Source: Gammaproteobacteria bacterium
GTDB taxonomy: Bacteria > Pseudomonadota > Gammaproteobacteria > GCA-001735895
Direction: 5' to 3'
Assembly: GCA_050298595.1 (NCBI GenBank)
Contig: JBNKUM010000062.1
Coordinates: forward strand, 1-64,000
DNA length: 64,000 nucleotides
Below are positions 1 to 8,467 of this stretch, piece by piece (the first letter of the stretch is position 1; each line of letters begins with the position of its first letter). The translations under genes and the position numbers were made by a program. The notes under the pieces were generated by a model that was not told where the DNA came from, did not search any database, and worked only from the letters and a program-made list of their open reading frames with translations.

Positions 1-65
1 ATGCAGTACGAGAATCTATGTTTTGGCATGGTAAAAACCCAAATAACTATGAAGTTAATTAAAAC

Positions 66-144
66 TCATAACAAAAACCTCCACTGGAAAAACAAAAGCG
101 TCGCTACGCTATACTTTTGTTTCCCAGTGAGGTAAGCGTTATGC
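66..144 (+). repeat. attC site 1
   Basis: TCATAAC...CACTGG..ACAAAAG/CTTTTGT..CCAGTG...GTTATGC imperfect inverted repeat. Confidence 0.9.
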
Positions 145-162
145 ATACAAAGGATATTCGAA

Positions 163-864
163 ATGGCTGAGCTAGTTGCAGACTGCCCTCGATGCGGGTC
201 AACCAGAATTACCTTTGACCTTCTTAGTTCAATACACACGATCACTAAATACAATTGGCAGTATTGGTATGAGGTATTTGCTATTTGTCGGCAATGCCAC
301 CGATCTACTGTATTTGTGCTAGCCGATGACGTTGATGCTGACTACAAGGAAGTTCATAAGATAGGCCTTATAAAAATGGACCATGCCGTTAACCGATATG
401 TTCGAAACGAAGGATTTATTACATTAAAAGACAGGGCCGAGACAAAGCCACCAGATTACGTACCAGAAGAAATTGAAAAAGTATTTAGCGAGGGAGCGAC
501 TTGTTTAAAAGTATCCTGCTGGAACGCAGCGGGCACAATGTTCAGATTGTGTATCGATCTTGTAACTAGACAAATGCTTCCCGAACAAGATACAGAAGGC
601 CTTAATCAGCGAGTTAGAAGAAACCTAGGGCTTCGATTACCTTGGCTTTTTGACAACCAGCTTTTACCTGAAAGTTTGAGGGAGTTATCTACCTGTGTTC
701 GTGAAGATGGAAATGATGGTGCGCATGCAGGCACACTCGGAAAAGAAGATGCAGAGGATCTATTGGATTTTACGTACATACTTCTTGAACGTATCTATTC
801 CGAACCTGAAAGAATTCGTCTGGCCGCAGAGCGAAGAAGAGCTCGGAGAGATCAAGATGCATAA
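163..864 (+). CDS. Cassette protein: N-terminal Zn-ribbon plus DUF4145 (HEPN-like) domain
   Basis: CPRC...CRQC Zn ligands; 'VPEEIEKVFSEGATCL..NAAGTMFRLCID' and 'REDGNDGAH' are typical of DUF4145. Confidence 0.8.
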   Translation: MAELVADCPRCGSTRITFDLLSSIHTITKYNWQYWYEVFAICRQCHRSTVFVLADDVDADYKEVHKIGLIKMDHAVNRYVRNEGFITLKDRAETKPPDYVPEEIEKVFSEGATCLKVSCWNAAGTMFRLCIDLVTRQMLPEQDTEGLNQRVRRNLGLRLPWLFDNQLLPESLRELSTCVREDGNDGAHAGTLGKEDAEDLLDFTYILLERIYSEPERIRLAAERRRARRDQDA

Positions 865-924
865 CAATGGGCTTCACTGGATTCGCTCACTTCGTTCGCT
901 CTCCAGTGAGCCCGGGCGTTAGGG
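859..924 (+). repeat. attC site 2
   Basis: GCATAAC..CACTGGA..TCCAGTG..GTTAGGG; overlaps the stop codon of the upstream gene. Confidence 0.9.
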
Positions 925-939
925 CAATCAGGAAAAAAT

Positions 940-1473
940 ATGAGCAAACAATCACTGGAAGACAATATTTTTAGTCAGTTTCTGGCAATTGATTTGTGTA
1001 TAGAAAAGAATCTTTTATTACCATCTCTGATTCTAATTTATAGCGGTATTGATGCACTTGCATCTTTAAGTCTTCCAAAAGAACGAGAAAGAGTAAAGAA
1101 GGAAGACTTTTGTAAGTTTTGCGTTGACCATCTATTGCCGGACAGTAAGCTGAAATGTAGTGCTATAGATTTATACGCAGCAAGGTGCGCAACTTTGCAT
1201 AAAGGTACAGCAGTATCAGACCTTAGCCAAAGCGAAAAAGCTTCAGAAATTATTTACCATATTGGAATTGCCGCTGAACTCCAAGGTGATTATCAAAAAA
1301 TCATAGATGAGAAATACCCAAAAGATGTAATTATTGTTGATATTGATGATCTTAGGAAAGCATTTAATAAGTCTTACTTTTCTTTTATTAACGGTTTAGA
1401 GGGAAATATTGAAATGATGAATGTTGTTTATGAAAGAGCGAAATATTATTTTGTTAATAGCGCTCCACTCTAG
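940..1473 (+). CDS. Cassette protein, HEPN-like (Rx4H motif) hypothetical
   Basis: 'SLILIYSGIDALASL' helix and 'LYAARCATLH' Rx4H motif; GGA RBS upstream. Confidence 0.65.
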   Translation: MSKQSLEDNIFSQFLAIDLCIEKNLLLPSLILIYSGIDALASLSLPKERERVKKEDFCKFCVDHLLPDSKLKCSAIDLYAARCATLHKGTAVSDLSQSEKASEIIYHIGIAAELQGDYQKIIDEKYPKDVIIVDIDDLRKAFNKSYFSFINGLEGNIEMMNVVYERAKYYFVNSAPL

Positions 1474-1545
1474 CCCTAACAAGTCGCTTCTACGGAAAAT
1501 TTGTTCGCTGTCGCTCTCAAATTTCCGCAGAGCGTGGCGTTATGG
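1474..1545 (+). repeat. attC site 3
   Basis: CCCTAAC..CGGAAAATTTG..CAAATTTCCG..GTTATGG. Confidence 0.9.
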
Positions 1546-1564
1546 CTCAAAGAAAAGAAATGAA

Positions 1565-1903
1565 ATGAACCTACCAAGGAAAGATAAAATATTTATTGCT
1601 GCTTTGCTTGGTGCAATTACATCAACAATAATTAGTTTATGGTTAATGTATCAATCTGGATGCGCAGGAGATTTAAAGACAGGAACGTATGGTGATCCAA
1701 TAGAGGTATTACGCATTGAATCAATAGAAATGCAAGTTTTGTTTATAGCAATGAATTTATATGCCATGGCTTATTATTTGAAATCAAAAGAAAGCGTACC
1801 ATTGCGTATAATTGCAGCATTAGGAGTAATGGTTGCTGTATTTTTTATCTCATTTATTCCTGGCGTGTATTTTCAAGGCTTAGGGTTTGCATCATGTCAC
1901 TAG
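1565..1903 (+). CDS. Cassette membrane protein (about 3 TM), hypothetical
   Basis: Start re-called to ATG 1565 (MNLPRK) inside the cassette, because the ORF-track start at 1421 runs through attC 3; hydrophobic segments. Confidence 0.75.
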   Translation: MNLPRKDKIFIAALLGAITSTIISLWLMYQSGCAGDLKTGTYGDPIEVLRIESIEMQVLFIAMNLYAMAYYLKSKESVPLRIIAALGVMVAVFFISFIPGVYFQGLGFASCH

Positions 1904-1988
1904 CCATAACAATGCGCAGCACCCGAAGCTACAGTCGCTACTGCCGCTCACGTTACCAATGGCGGCGCGAGCCATTTAGCCGAGCGTT
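1904..1988 (+). repeat. attC site 4 (degenerate; its GTT is the insertion point of a MITE)
   Basis: CCATAAC core matches the cassette start GTTATGG; ends GCGTT at 1988; arms poorly complementary. Confidence 0.65.
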
Positions 1989-2154
1989 GAGGCTGTAGAA
2001 AAAGGTGTGGATAACTTTTTTATGTATAAAAGTGGAGCGGAGAGCTCCCTCAAATATTTTTAGCAGAGGTCGAGTAACTTGAAATTCACGTACGGACGCA
2101 TTTTTGAGGTCATTTTTTATTCAAAAATTAACGCTTACCTTTTTCTACAGTCTC
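1989..2154. mobile_element. 166-bp non-autonomous MITE-like element with 18-bp terminal inverted repeats, flanked by GTT direct repeats
   Basis: GAGGCTGTAGAAAAAGGT (1989-2006) versus ACCTTTTTCTACAGTCTC (2137-2154), 17/18 complementary; GTT at 1986-1988 and 2155-2157; no ORF. Confidence 0.8.
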
Positions 2155-2171
2155 GTTAGCTGGTTTAAAAC

Positions 2172-2606
2172 ATGAAGCAAATCTGGGACTTAACTGAAGA
2201 AGACTTTAATAAAAATCCAGTTTGGTATTTTCCAATGGAAGGTGAAGATACAGATGAAACAAGTGTACTCTCAGCATCAGAAAGAGAAGCAACAAATTTA
2301 AATAATATGCTTCTAGTACCCGCTACTTTCAAAGAATCTAATGGCGGAGAGCATAAAGGCTTCATCTATTGGGCTAAACCCGAAATAATTGAAAATCTTC
2401 AACCTTGTATGTTTTATGGTTCAGGTGCGGTTACTTTTTGGTTTGGTATAGTTGAGCCAGAGGCAGAAGATATGAAACAACTTAACTTTCCAATTACTGT
2501 AAGTTCCTATGTTGTGTATGGCTTAGAAAAAATTGAGAAAGAAATAGAAGGCTATTATTTTATTAATCAAGCTGGTGATGTAGAGGTAAAGCATGTCGCC
2601 AGCTAA
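2172..2606 (+). CDS. Cassette hypothetical protein (acidic, 144 aa)
   Basis: ORF fills the cassette between GTTAGCT and AGCTAAC. Confidence 0.8.
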   Translation: MKQIWDLTEEDFNKNPVWYFPMEGEDTDETSVLSASEREATNLNNMLLVPATFKESNGGEHKGFIYWAKPEIIENLQPCMFYGSGAVTFWFGIVEPEAEDMKQLNFPITVSSYVVYGLEKIEKEIEGYYFINQAGDVEVKHVAS

Positions 2607-2688
2607 CAAGGCAATTGCACACGGACGGCAAAAAGCGCCGCTCGTTCCTCGCTATGCTTTTTGCCTCCGGTGAATTGCGGCGTTAGCC
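2601..2688 (+). repeat. attC site 5
   Basis: AGCTAAC..GCAATT..GGCAAAAAGC/GCTTTTTGCC..AATTGC..GTTAGCC. Confidence 0.9.
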
Positions 2689-2704
2689 TCCAATAGGGAT
2701 TAAA

Positions 2705-3070
2705 ATGAAACGAACTACAATAATTATTTTATTATCTGCACTAAATTTCTTTGCATCAGCATGGGGAGCACAGGGGTTTGAGCGTGAAGCAGCTATTACA
2801 GAATTTTATACTTCTGAAATTGATGAACATACATGTAAGAGAGTTGCCCAATTTGGAAAAGGAGAAATTACTGAAGAACAATGCAGGTCAAAATTAATTT
2901 CCGTAAATTTGGAATGTAAAGATGTCATTCGCAATGAAGTACCTGGCTACATAGATGAGAAAAGCGGTATTTTACTTATGCAAATAATGATGACTTGCCC
3001 ATTTAGCAAAATATTGAATTATCCTTACGCAGTTGTAAATGGTAAACCACAAATTGATTTTCCAAAATGA
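2705..3070 (+). CDS. Cassette secreted hypothetical protein (signal peptide, 4 Cys)
   Basis: MKRTTIIILLSALNFFASAWG signal peptide; GGGA RBS. Confidence 0.8.
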   Translation: MKRTTIIILLSALNFFASAWGAQGFEREAAITEFYTSEIDEHTCKRVAQFGKGEITEEQCRSKLISVNLECKDVIRNEVPGYIDEKSGILLMQIMMTCPFSKILNYPYAVVNGKPQIDFPK

Positions 3071-3076
3071 ACAGTA

Positions 3077-3146
3077 GGCTAACAATCACAGTCAGCAGGA
3101 AAAACCTACGCTGTGCTCCGGTTTTCCTCTGCTGTGGACGTTATAT
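3077..3146 (+). repeat. attC site 6
   Basis: GGCTAAC..CACAG..AGGAAAA/TTTTCCT..CTGTG..GTTATAT. Confidence 0.9.
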
Positions 3147-3162
3147 TTATTAAGGAGAAAGA

Positions 3163-3558
3163 ATGGAGTCCCAGTTATTTGATGAGAGTACGGTTAAAGC
3201 TGAATGTAAAATACACAATGATTTTTTAAATTCAGTTTTAGGTTTAGTTGCTTTTACTGTTGGCTTAACTTGTGCCGGCATGCCTAACACACAGAAAGCA
3301 GCAGCGGTTTCATTGGGTGTAATAATCCCTCTCGTTATTCAGTCATTTTTTCATTTTCCGCCAACTATTACCGCATTAAGACAGCTCTATAATGAAACAA
3401 AAGATAACCATGTCAAAGAGGTTCTAAGTTATTTAGAAAACAAATATTTAGGGTATAAGTCAGTTCTTACAAAAAACATCTTGTACTGGTATGGTTTTAG
3501 CTTTTATTTAGCTGTGTTATTTTGGCCTGGCTTATCAACTTGGCTAAAACAAATATAA
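3163..3558 (+). CDS. Cassette membrane protein, hypothetical (about 3 TM)
   Basis: AAGGAG RBS; ORF ends at the ATATAAC core. Confidence 0.8.
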   Translation: MESQLFDESTVKAECKIHNDFLNSVLGLVAFTVGLTCAGMPNTQKAAAVSLGVIIPLVIQSFFHFPPTITALRQLYNETKDNHVKEVLSYLENKYLGYKSVLTKNILYWYGFSFYLAVLFWPGLSTWLKQI

Positions 3559-3569
3559 CAAGGCCAATG
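3553..3569 (+). repeat. Truncated attC site 7 (left core only)
   Basis: ATATAACAAGGCCAATG, then an abrupt switch to a tandem repeat; no matching right arm. Confidence 0.65.
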
Positions 3570-3601
3570 TAGAACTAGAGGGTCATAGAACTAGAGGGTC
3601 A
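3570..3601. repeat. 16-bp tandem duplication TAGAACTAGAGGGTCA x2, followed by GGTCT
   Basis: Exact copies at 3570-3585 and 3586-3601. Confidence 0.9.
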
Positions 3602-3891
3602 GGTCTAGCTTTTATATATATCTTATTTTCTCCTTAGCCCATGGACTAATTGGAGCTTATAGACTGCAAGGATTATAACAAACAAAAACCCCCTCCCATT
3701 TTTTTCACACTTCCGCAAAAATAAAAAAAGTTGTGCTGAAAAGAAGTTTTGAATATTGACATCTGAGGATGGGCTCTTTATATTTTTTAAACTTCGAAGG
3801 TAGGGCATTTATCGCTCCTCTACTCATCTCTATGTTCCGCTAAGGCGTTCGCAGAGATGTACAACCTGACCACAATAAAAAGAGATGTATT

Positions 3892-5319
3892 ATGAACGGA
3901 ATTTCACTCCCACTGATAGCGGCAGCCTGCCTTGCCATCCTGTTCTCTCAGACTAGCCTGGCCATGGGGCGGGCGCCTCAAGATATTGATGCCAGCCTTT
4001 CCCCGATACTCAGTACAGCGACAGAAGCGCAAGCCCCTCTGCATGTTGATGGCCGCTTTATCAAAGATACTCAAGGGCGTACGGTGCTACTGCGTGGCGT
4101 CAATATATCCGGTGACTCCAAGGTGCCCCCTTTTATGCCTATTACTGACGCTGCTATGCTCGATCCACTGCCGGGCTGGGGTATCAATACCTTGCGTCTG
4201 CTCTTCACCTGGGAAGCCTTTGAACCCACACGCGGCAACTACGACACAGCTTACATGCAATATTACGAACAGGTAACAGACTGGGCCGAAGAACGAGGTT
4301 TATATGTGATTGTCGACTTTCATCAGGATGCCTACTCACGCTACTCCAACGGAGGCTGTGGTGAAGGCTTCCCAAAATGGGCAATCTATTCAGGCATAGG
4401 GCTTAAAGAGCCGGACAATGGTTCAGCCTGTGAAGGCTGGGGCAGCAATATGATTTTTGACTTCAGCCATCACGATACCTGGCACCACTTCCATGCAGAT
4501 ACTGAAGGCGCCCGCACAGGCTACATCGATATGGTGCGTGCCGTCGCCGAGCGTATGTCCGACCATGCCAATGTGATTGGTTATGAATTGATTAACGAAC
4601 CCTGGGGTAACGATTCTGAACTGGCCGCACTCTACAACGACGTAGGTAGCGCCATTCGCGAGCGCCACTCATCGGCCATTTTATTTGTTCCACCCCATGC
4701 TCTGGTGTCATCCGGTATGAGCGATAACAATATCGCCAAACCTGAGTTCGATAACTTCGTCTATTCACCACACTTCTACGATGCTTTTGTCATCATGTTT
4801 AAAAACTGGCTAGGCTTCAACCCTGCCGGCGCACTGGATAAAATGGCTAAACATGCGGCAGGTTGGAATGTACCATTACTGTTGGGCGAATACGGCGCTC
4901 CAGCCGAAACTCAAAACGTTGAAGGCTATATGGATGCGCTTAATGACTGGCTGAACAATGGATTACATTCCGGCACCCAGTGGAATTACACACCTGGATG
5001 GCGCGCCGACACCAAAGACGGCTGGAATATGGAAGACCTTTCCATTTCCGACGACACTGGTTCGTTGCGTGCTAACTTCCTGCCACGGGCCTATCCCATT
5101 GCCATAGCAGGTACCGATGCCACATTCAGTGAAGACAGTCGCTCACTCAGTCTGAGCTGGACGAATAATAGAAAGCTGGGAGAAACAGCGGTGTTTTTGC
5201 CAAAGGGATTTATGCAGGGGAAAAAGCTAAATACCAAAGGTAACATTCGGTGTGAAATCAATGAACAGAAGCTGACATGCTCCGGAAGAAATGGCTTCTC
5301 TGCTATAGAAGTTCACTGA
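3892..5319 (+). CDS. Secreted glycoside hydrolase family 5, endoglycoceramidase-like
   Basis: Signal peptide; LRGVN, WEAFEP, VDFHQD, GYELINEP (acid/base), SPHFYD and LLGEYG (nucleophile) motifs. Confidence 0.85.
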   Translation: MNGISLPLIAAACLAILFSQTSLAMGRAPQDIDASLSPILSTATEAQAPLHVDGRFIKDTQGRTVLLRGVNISGDSKVPPFMPITDAAMLDPLPGWGINTLRLLFTWEAFEPTRGNYDTAYMQYYEQVTDWAEERGLYVIVDFHQDAYSRYSNGGCGEGFPKWAIYSGIGLKEPDNGSACEGWGSNMIFDFSHHDTWHHFHADTEGARTGYIDMVRAVAERMSDHANVIGYELINEPWGNDSELAALYNDVGSAIRERHSSAILFVPPHALVSSGMSDNNIAKPEFDNFVYSPHFYDAFVIMFKNWLGFNPAGALDKMAKHAAGWNVPLLLGEYGAPAETQNVEGYMDALNDWLNNGLHSGTQWNYTPGWRADTKDGWNMEDLSISDDTGSLRANFLPRAYPIAIAGTDATFSEDSRSLSLSWTNNRKLGETAVFLPKGFMQGKKLNTKGNIRCEINEQKLTCSGRNGFSAIEVH

Positions 5320-5448
5320 TCCAACAGGTGAGACGGGGAGGGTGAGCAGATGTCATTGCAGGGTTTGAGAAATATTCCCGGTTGTGCCATGTCGTTACTG
5401 GTGTGGATTTTTTATGTGTGCCTGCCCCACATTTATTTTAGATTTTAT

Positions 5449-5550
5449 GCTGCTGCGGCATTTTACTTAAAATAGGAAAACTTATGGTCTATGATCCTGG
5501 CTCATACCATAGTCGACATTTTTTTACTTTTGGTAGTTAGTATTTGTTCT
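5449..5550 (+). pseudogene. Remnant 3' end of a CPBP/CAAX-protease (Abi) family cassette gene
   Basis: Frame from 5461 reads FYLK*ENLWSMILAHTIVDIFLLLVV, resembling the CPBP C-terminal 'nLw..i.aH...d' motif with an in-frame stop; lies directly before an attC. Confidence 0.4.
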
Positions 5551-5625
5551 AACAAAAACTTCCACTGGGAAAGCAAAAGCGTCGCTGCGTTATACTTTTG
5601 TTTCCCAGTGAGATAGGCGTTTAGA
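5547..5625 (+). repeat. attC site 8, near-copy of attC 1
   Basis: 65/72 identical to 69-140 by manual alignment. Confidence 0.9.
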
Positions 5626-5643
5626 TTGTTTTTTAGCCACCGA

Positions 5644-5913
5644 ATGAAAGCAACTCAGGTAAAACCTTTACTTCTCGTACTATTAATAACTCCGGCTATT
5701 GCGTATGCAAATGCTGGGCTCTCCATAATTATTTTTTTAAATGCTTATGCATTTTTAGTAGGGATAATTTTTGTAATTGCAATTGAGTTTTTTTATCTAA
5801 GAAAACTTGGGGCATTGTTCAATCATATCGATGAAGTCTTTGGTAATGAAGGATGCGATCACTCTCTTAAAATTACAACTGCATTTTTTAAGGAGTTACA
5901 CTCTCCGCTTTAA
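5644..5913 (+). pseudogene. Chimeric/truncated cassette ORF (membrane-protein N-terminus fused to a DUF2695-like fragment)
   Basis: MKATQVK..ANAG..IEFFYLRK joined to LFNHIDEVFGNEGCDHSLKITTAF; no downstream attC. Confidence 0.45.
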
Positions 5914-5941
5914 GAAGAAAACTTTCATATCATTTGTGATT

Positions 5942-6691
5942 TTATAAGTTTTCTAACTCAGTCCCATCACTCAAAGCAAATTGCTCAACCCACATCACAG
6001 TAGCTCCGGCAGTTGCCATCGGCATGACTAGAAAGTTTATGATGGGAATACTGGTTAACACCATTACTCCTCCACCGAATCCGAGAGCCAGACCTCGGCG
6101 TTTTTTGAGCTGGTCTTTCTGTTGCTGGAAGGTGATGTCGTGGTTGCCCATTGGGTAGTCCATATATTCCAGTGCGAGTAGCCATGATCCGAAGATGATC
6201 CAGAGTACCGGTGAGATCAGGTTGATTACGGGGATGAAGCTGATCAGTAATAATCCAGCTGACCAGATCGCGATGTATAGCAGTTTTCTTAACTGCGACA
6301 TGATGCTGTCCTTGATAATGGTAATCAGGTCGACGCCGGAGTTGATGTCTTTGCCGGTGAGCATTTCTTCAATTTTTTCCGACATAACGGCATTGAAGGG
6401 GGCTGAAATGATATTGGCAACCGGGGTGAAGACAAAGAATACGAAGAATGCAGCGAATGAGGTGAAAAAAGTCCACAGGATCCATTCAAGGAACCCCAGC
6501 CAGTCAGGCAGGAAGGAGAGTAACCAGTTCACAAAGGGTGAGAATTGCGCATAGCCTGCATAGATCAGACCACCAAATAACAGTATGTTCATCAGCAACG
6601 GGGTGATGACATAACGTCTGATGCCCGGACGTTTAATTAATGCAAATCCTTTTGCCAGGTAGCCGGTGCCGCGTCCTATGTCTGTAATCAT
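5942..6691 (-). CDS. cysZ: Sulfate transporter CysZ (EI24 family)
   Basis: GFALIKRPGIRRYVITPL, ANIISAPFN, EYMDYPMGNH. Confidence 0.9.
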   Translation of the reverse strand: MITDIGRGTGYLAKGFALIKRPGIRRYVITPLLMNILLFGGLIYAGYAQFSPFVNWLLSFLPDWLGFLEWILWTFFTSFAAFFVFFVFTPVANIISAPFNAVMSEKIEEMLTGKDINSGVDLITIIKDSIMSQLRKLLYIAIWSAGLLLISFIPVINLISPVLWIIFGSWLLALEYMDYPMGNHDITFQQQKDQLKKRRGLALGFGGGVMVLTSIPIINFLVMPMATAGATVMWVEQFALSDGTELENL

Positions 6692-6760
6692 TTATCTGTT
6701 TCCTGTGTTGGTTTTTATATGGCGCCATAGAGTGCCATGAAGATTTTGGCGGTGCAATCA

Positions 6761-8047
6761 TCATGTCTGCCGTTGGTAGTGCGTTAATCCCTGTAGTGCA
6801 AGCAACGCACTGCCATAAGCCGCCTGATTGTGTCTGGCTCGGCTGATGGGTAAACCGATCATCTGGCTTCGTATGGCCTGCCATTGTGGGTTGGCTGCGC
6901 CGCCGCCCAGGGTCTGAATTCGCGTGATCTGGGCTGCGCCCAGGTCCTTAAGTTTTTGATATCCCTGTTGTTCTATGCGGCTTAAACCTTCCAGTATGCC
7001 TTGAAGAAATACAATATCTGAAGCTGGCCTGGGTGTGAGTATGGGTTGTTTGTGTGGGTCCATTTGCGGGAATCTTTCGCCCACTGCGGGCAGGGGGTAG
7101 TAATCGAGTTCTGATGGTTTTTTGATGTCTATCTGTTCAGATAGAGCGTTTAATTCGCTGTCACTGAAGTATTGCCTGAGCACGCTGCCACCGGCATTGG
7201 ATGCGCCGCCACATAGCCAGTAGTCGCCGAGTTTGTGGCTGTAAACCCCAGATTGCACATCCTGCACCGGGTTGTCGCTGAGTATTTTGAGCACTATCGT
7301 ACTACCGAGAGAGGTCACAGCATCACCTGCATGGCTGGATTCGGTGGCGATAAAAGCGGCATTGGCATCGGTTGTTCCAGTACAAATCTGTAAATTTTGG
7401 TTGAGCCCAAGCTTCGCGGCTATATTGGCATCGACTGTGGCAAATACCTGACCGGGTTGCAGTACCTGAGGCAGGGATGATTCTGGCAGTAGCTGATTTA
7501 TCCACTGCGGCCAGAGTAGTTGTTCCACGTCATAACCCATTTTTAATACATTGTGATAGTCACTAATCCCCCAATGCTGTGCTAGATAATTACTCAGATA
7601 ATCGGCCTGATTAAGAATGAGATATGGGGTGCCGGTTGGCAGAGTCTGTGCCAGTTGCAGGGCTTTGGCGAGCGCAGAGCTGGCGCTGATGACGATATGT
7701 TGCATATCTGGACAATGCTGCTGGATCTGTAACAGCTGGGCCTGACTGCTGCTGTCGTTATACATTAGCGCGGGTGTTAGTACCTTGCCCTCGGGACTGA
7801 CCAGTAACACGCTGCCAGAGGTGCCATCAATCGCTACTCGTTGTATGGCTGTTAAGTCGACCTGAGTTGAGAGTTGCCTGAATAAGGCATGCAGGCCTTC
7901 GATCCATACCGAGGCCTGCTGTTGAATGCTTTGCTGATGTCGAGTTGCTGCGGCTAGCGGATAACTGGATTCAGCGAGTGGCTGCTGCTTGTTATCCAGA
8001 ACAATGGCGCGGCAGCCGGAGGTACCAAAGTCTATGCCCAGGTACAC
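6761..8047 (-). CDS. FGGY-family carbohydrate kinase
   Basis: LGIDFGTSGCR, IDGTSGS, GTTD, GGASNAGG, GGGAAN. Confidence 0.9.
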   Translation of the reverse strand: MYLGIDFGTSGCRAIVLDNKQQPLAESSYPLAAATRHQQSIQQQASVWIEGLHALFRQLSTQVDLTAIQRVAIDGTSGSVLLVSPEGKVLTPALMYNDSSSQAQLLQIQQHCPDMQHIVISASSALAKALQLAQTLPTGTPYLILNQADYLSNYLAQHWGISDYHNVLKMGYDVEQLLWPQWINQLLPESSLPQVLQPGQVFATVDANIAAKLGLNQNLQICTGTTDANAAFIATESSHAGDAVTSLGSTIVLKILSDNPVQDVQSGVYSHKLGDYWLCGGASNAGGSVLRQYFSDSELNALSEQIDIKKPSELDYYPLPAVGERFPQMDPHKQPILTPRPASDIVFLQGILEGLSRIEQQGYQKLKDLGAAQITRIQTLGGGAANPQWQAIRSQMIGLPISRARHNQAAYGSALLALQGLTHYQRQT

Positions 8048-8061
8048 AATACGTTACTAAT

Positions 8062-8451
8062 CTAGGGCAGAATAACCGGTGTTGGTGGTACCCAGCCTTC
8101 AGCACGATGTTCGGCTACCACGGTAGTATAAATGCCGCCACGTACATTAAATTCAGCATTTAATCGCATGAATCTGGGTTGAATCGCTTTTACCAGGTCA
8201 TCCAGAATCTGGTTGGTGACTGCTTCGTGGAATGCGCCTTCTTCACGGAATGACCAGGTATACAGCTTGAGGGATTTCAGTTCGACACAGAGCTTGTCGG
8301 CGATATATTCAATGCTTAGTGTGGCGAAATCAGGCTGTCCGGTCATTGGGCACAGGCAGGTGAATTCAGGTACATCGATACGGATGGTGTAATCGCGCTC
8401 AGGCTGCGGGTTTTCGAAGGTATCAATCTGTTTACTAGGCTTGGTTGCCAT
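8062..8451 (-). CDS. queF: PreQ0 reductase QueF (short type)
   Basis: [33 protein letters not shown]. Confidence 0.95.
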   Translation of the reverse strand: MATKPSKQIDTFENPQPERDYTIRIDVPEFTCLCPMTGQPDFATLSIEYIADKLCVELKSLKLYTWSFREEGAFHEAVTNQILDDLVKAIQPRFMRLNAEFNVRGGIYTTVVAEHRAEGWVPPTPVILP

Positions 8452-8467
8452 AATGTTTTATCTCTTG

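Larger units (their letters stand above)
66..5913 (+). mobile_element. Integron gene-cassette array, distal part (integrase/attI not in window)
   Basis: Short, AT-rich, promoterless same-strand ORFs separated by imperfect palindromes bounded by NNNTAAC...GTTNNNN. Each cassette's first 7 nt are the exact complement of the core site at its end: GTTATGC/GCATAAC, GTTAGGG/CCCTAAC, GTTATGG/CCATAAC, GTTAGCT/AGCTAAC, GTTAGCC/GGCTAAC, GTTATAT/ATATAAC. Confidence 0.93.

Noticed and set aside
1421-1564. N-terminal extension of ORF 1421..1903 and ORFs 66..254, 695..922
   Set aside because: They run through attC sites or overlap real cassette genes.
2006-2014. DnaA box as a sign of a replication origin
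   Set aside because: Single box inside a MITE, with no box cluster or origin-linked genes.
66-3569. Regularly spaced palindromes as a CRISPR array
   Set aside because: The repeats differ in sequence, are separated by whole genes and carry attC core sites; no cas genes.
3623-3808. 61-aa minus-strand ORF
   Set aside because: Low-complexity AT-rich translation with no recognisable motif; probably the upstream region of the GH5 gene.
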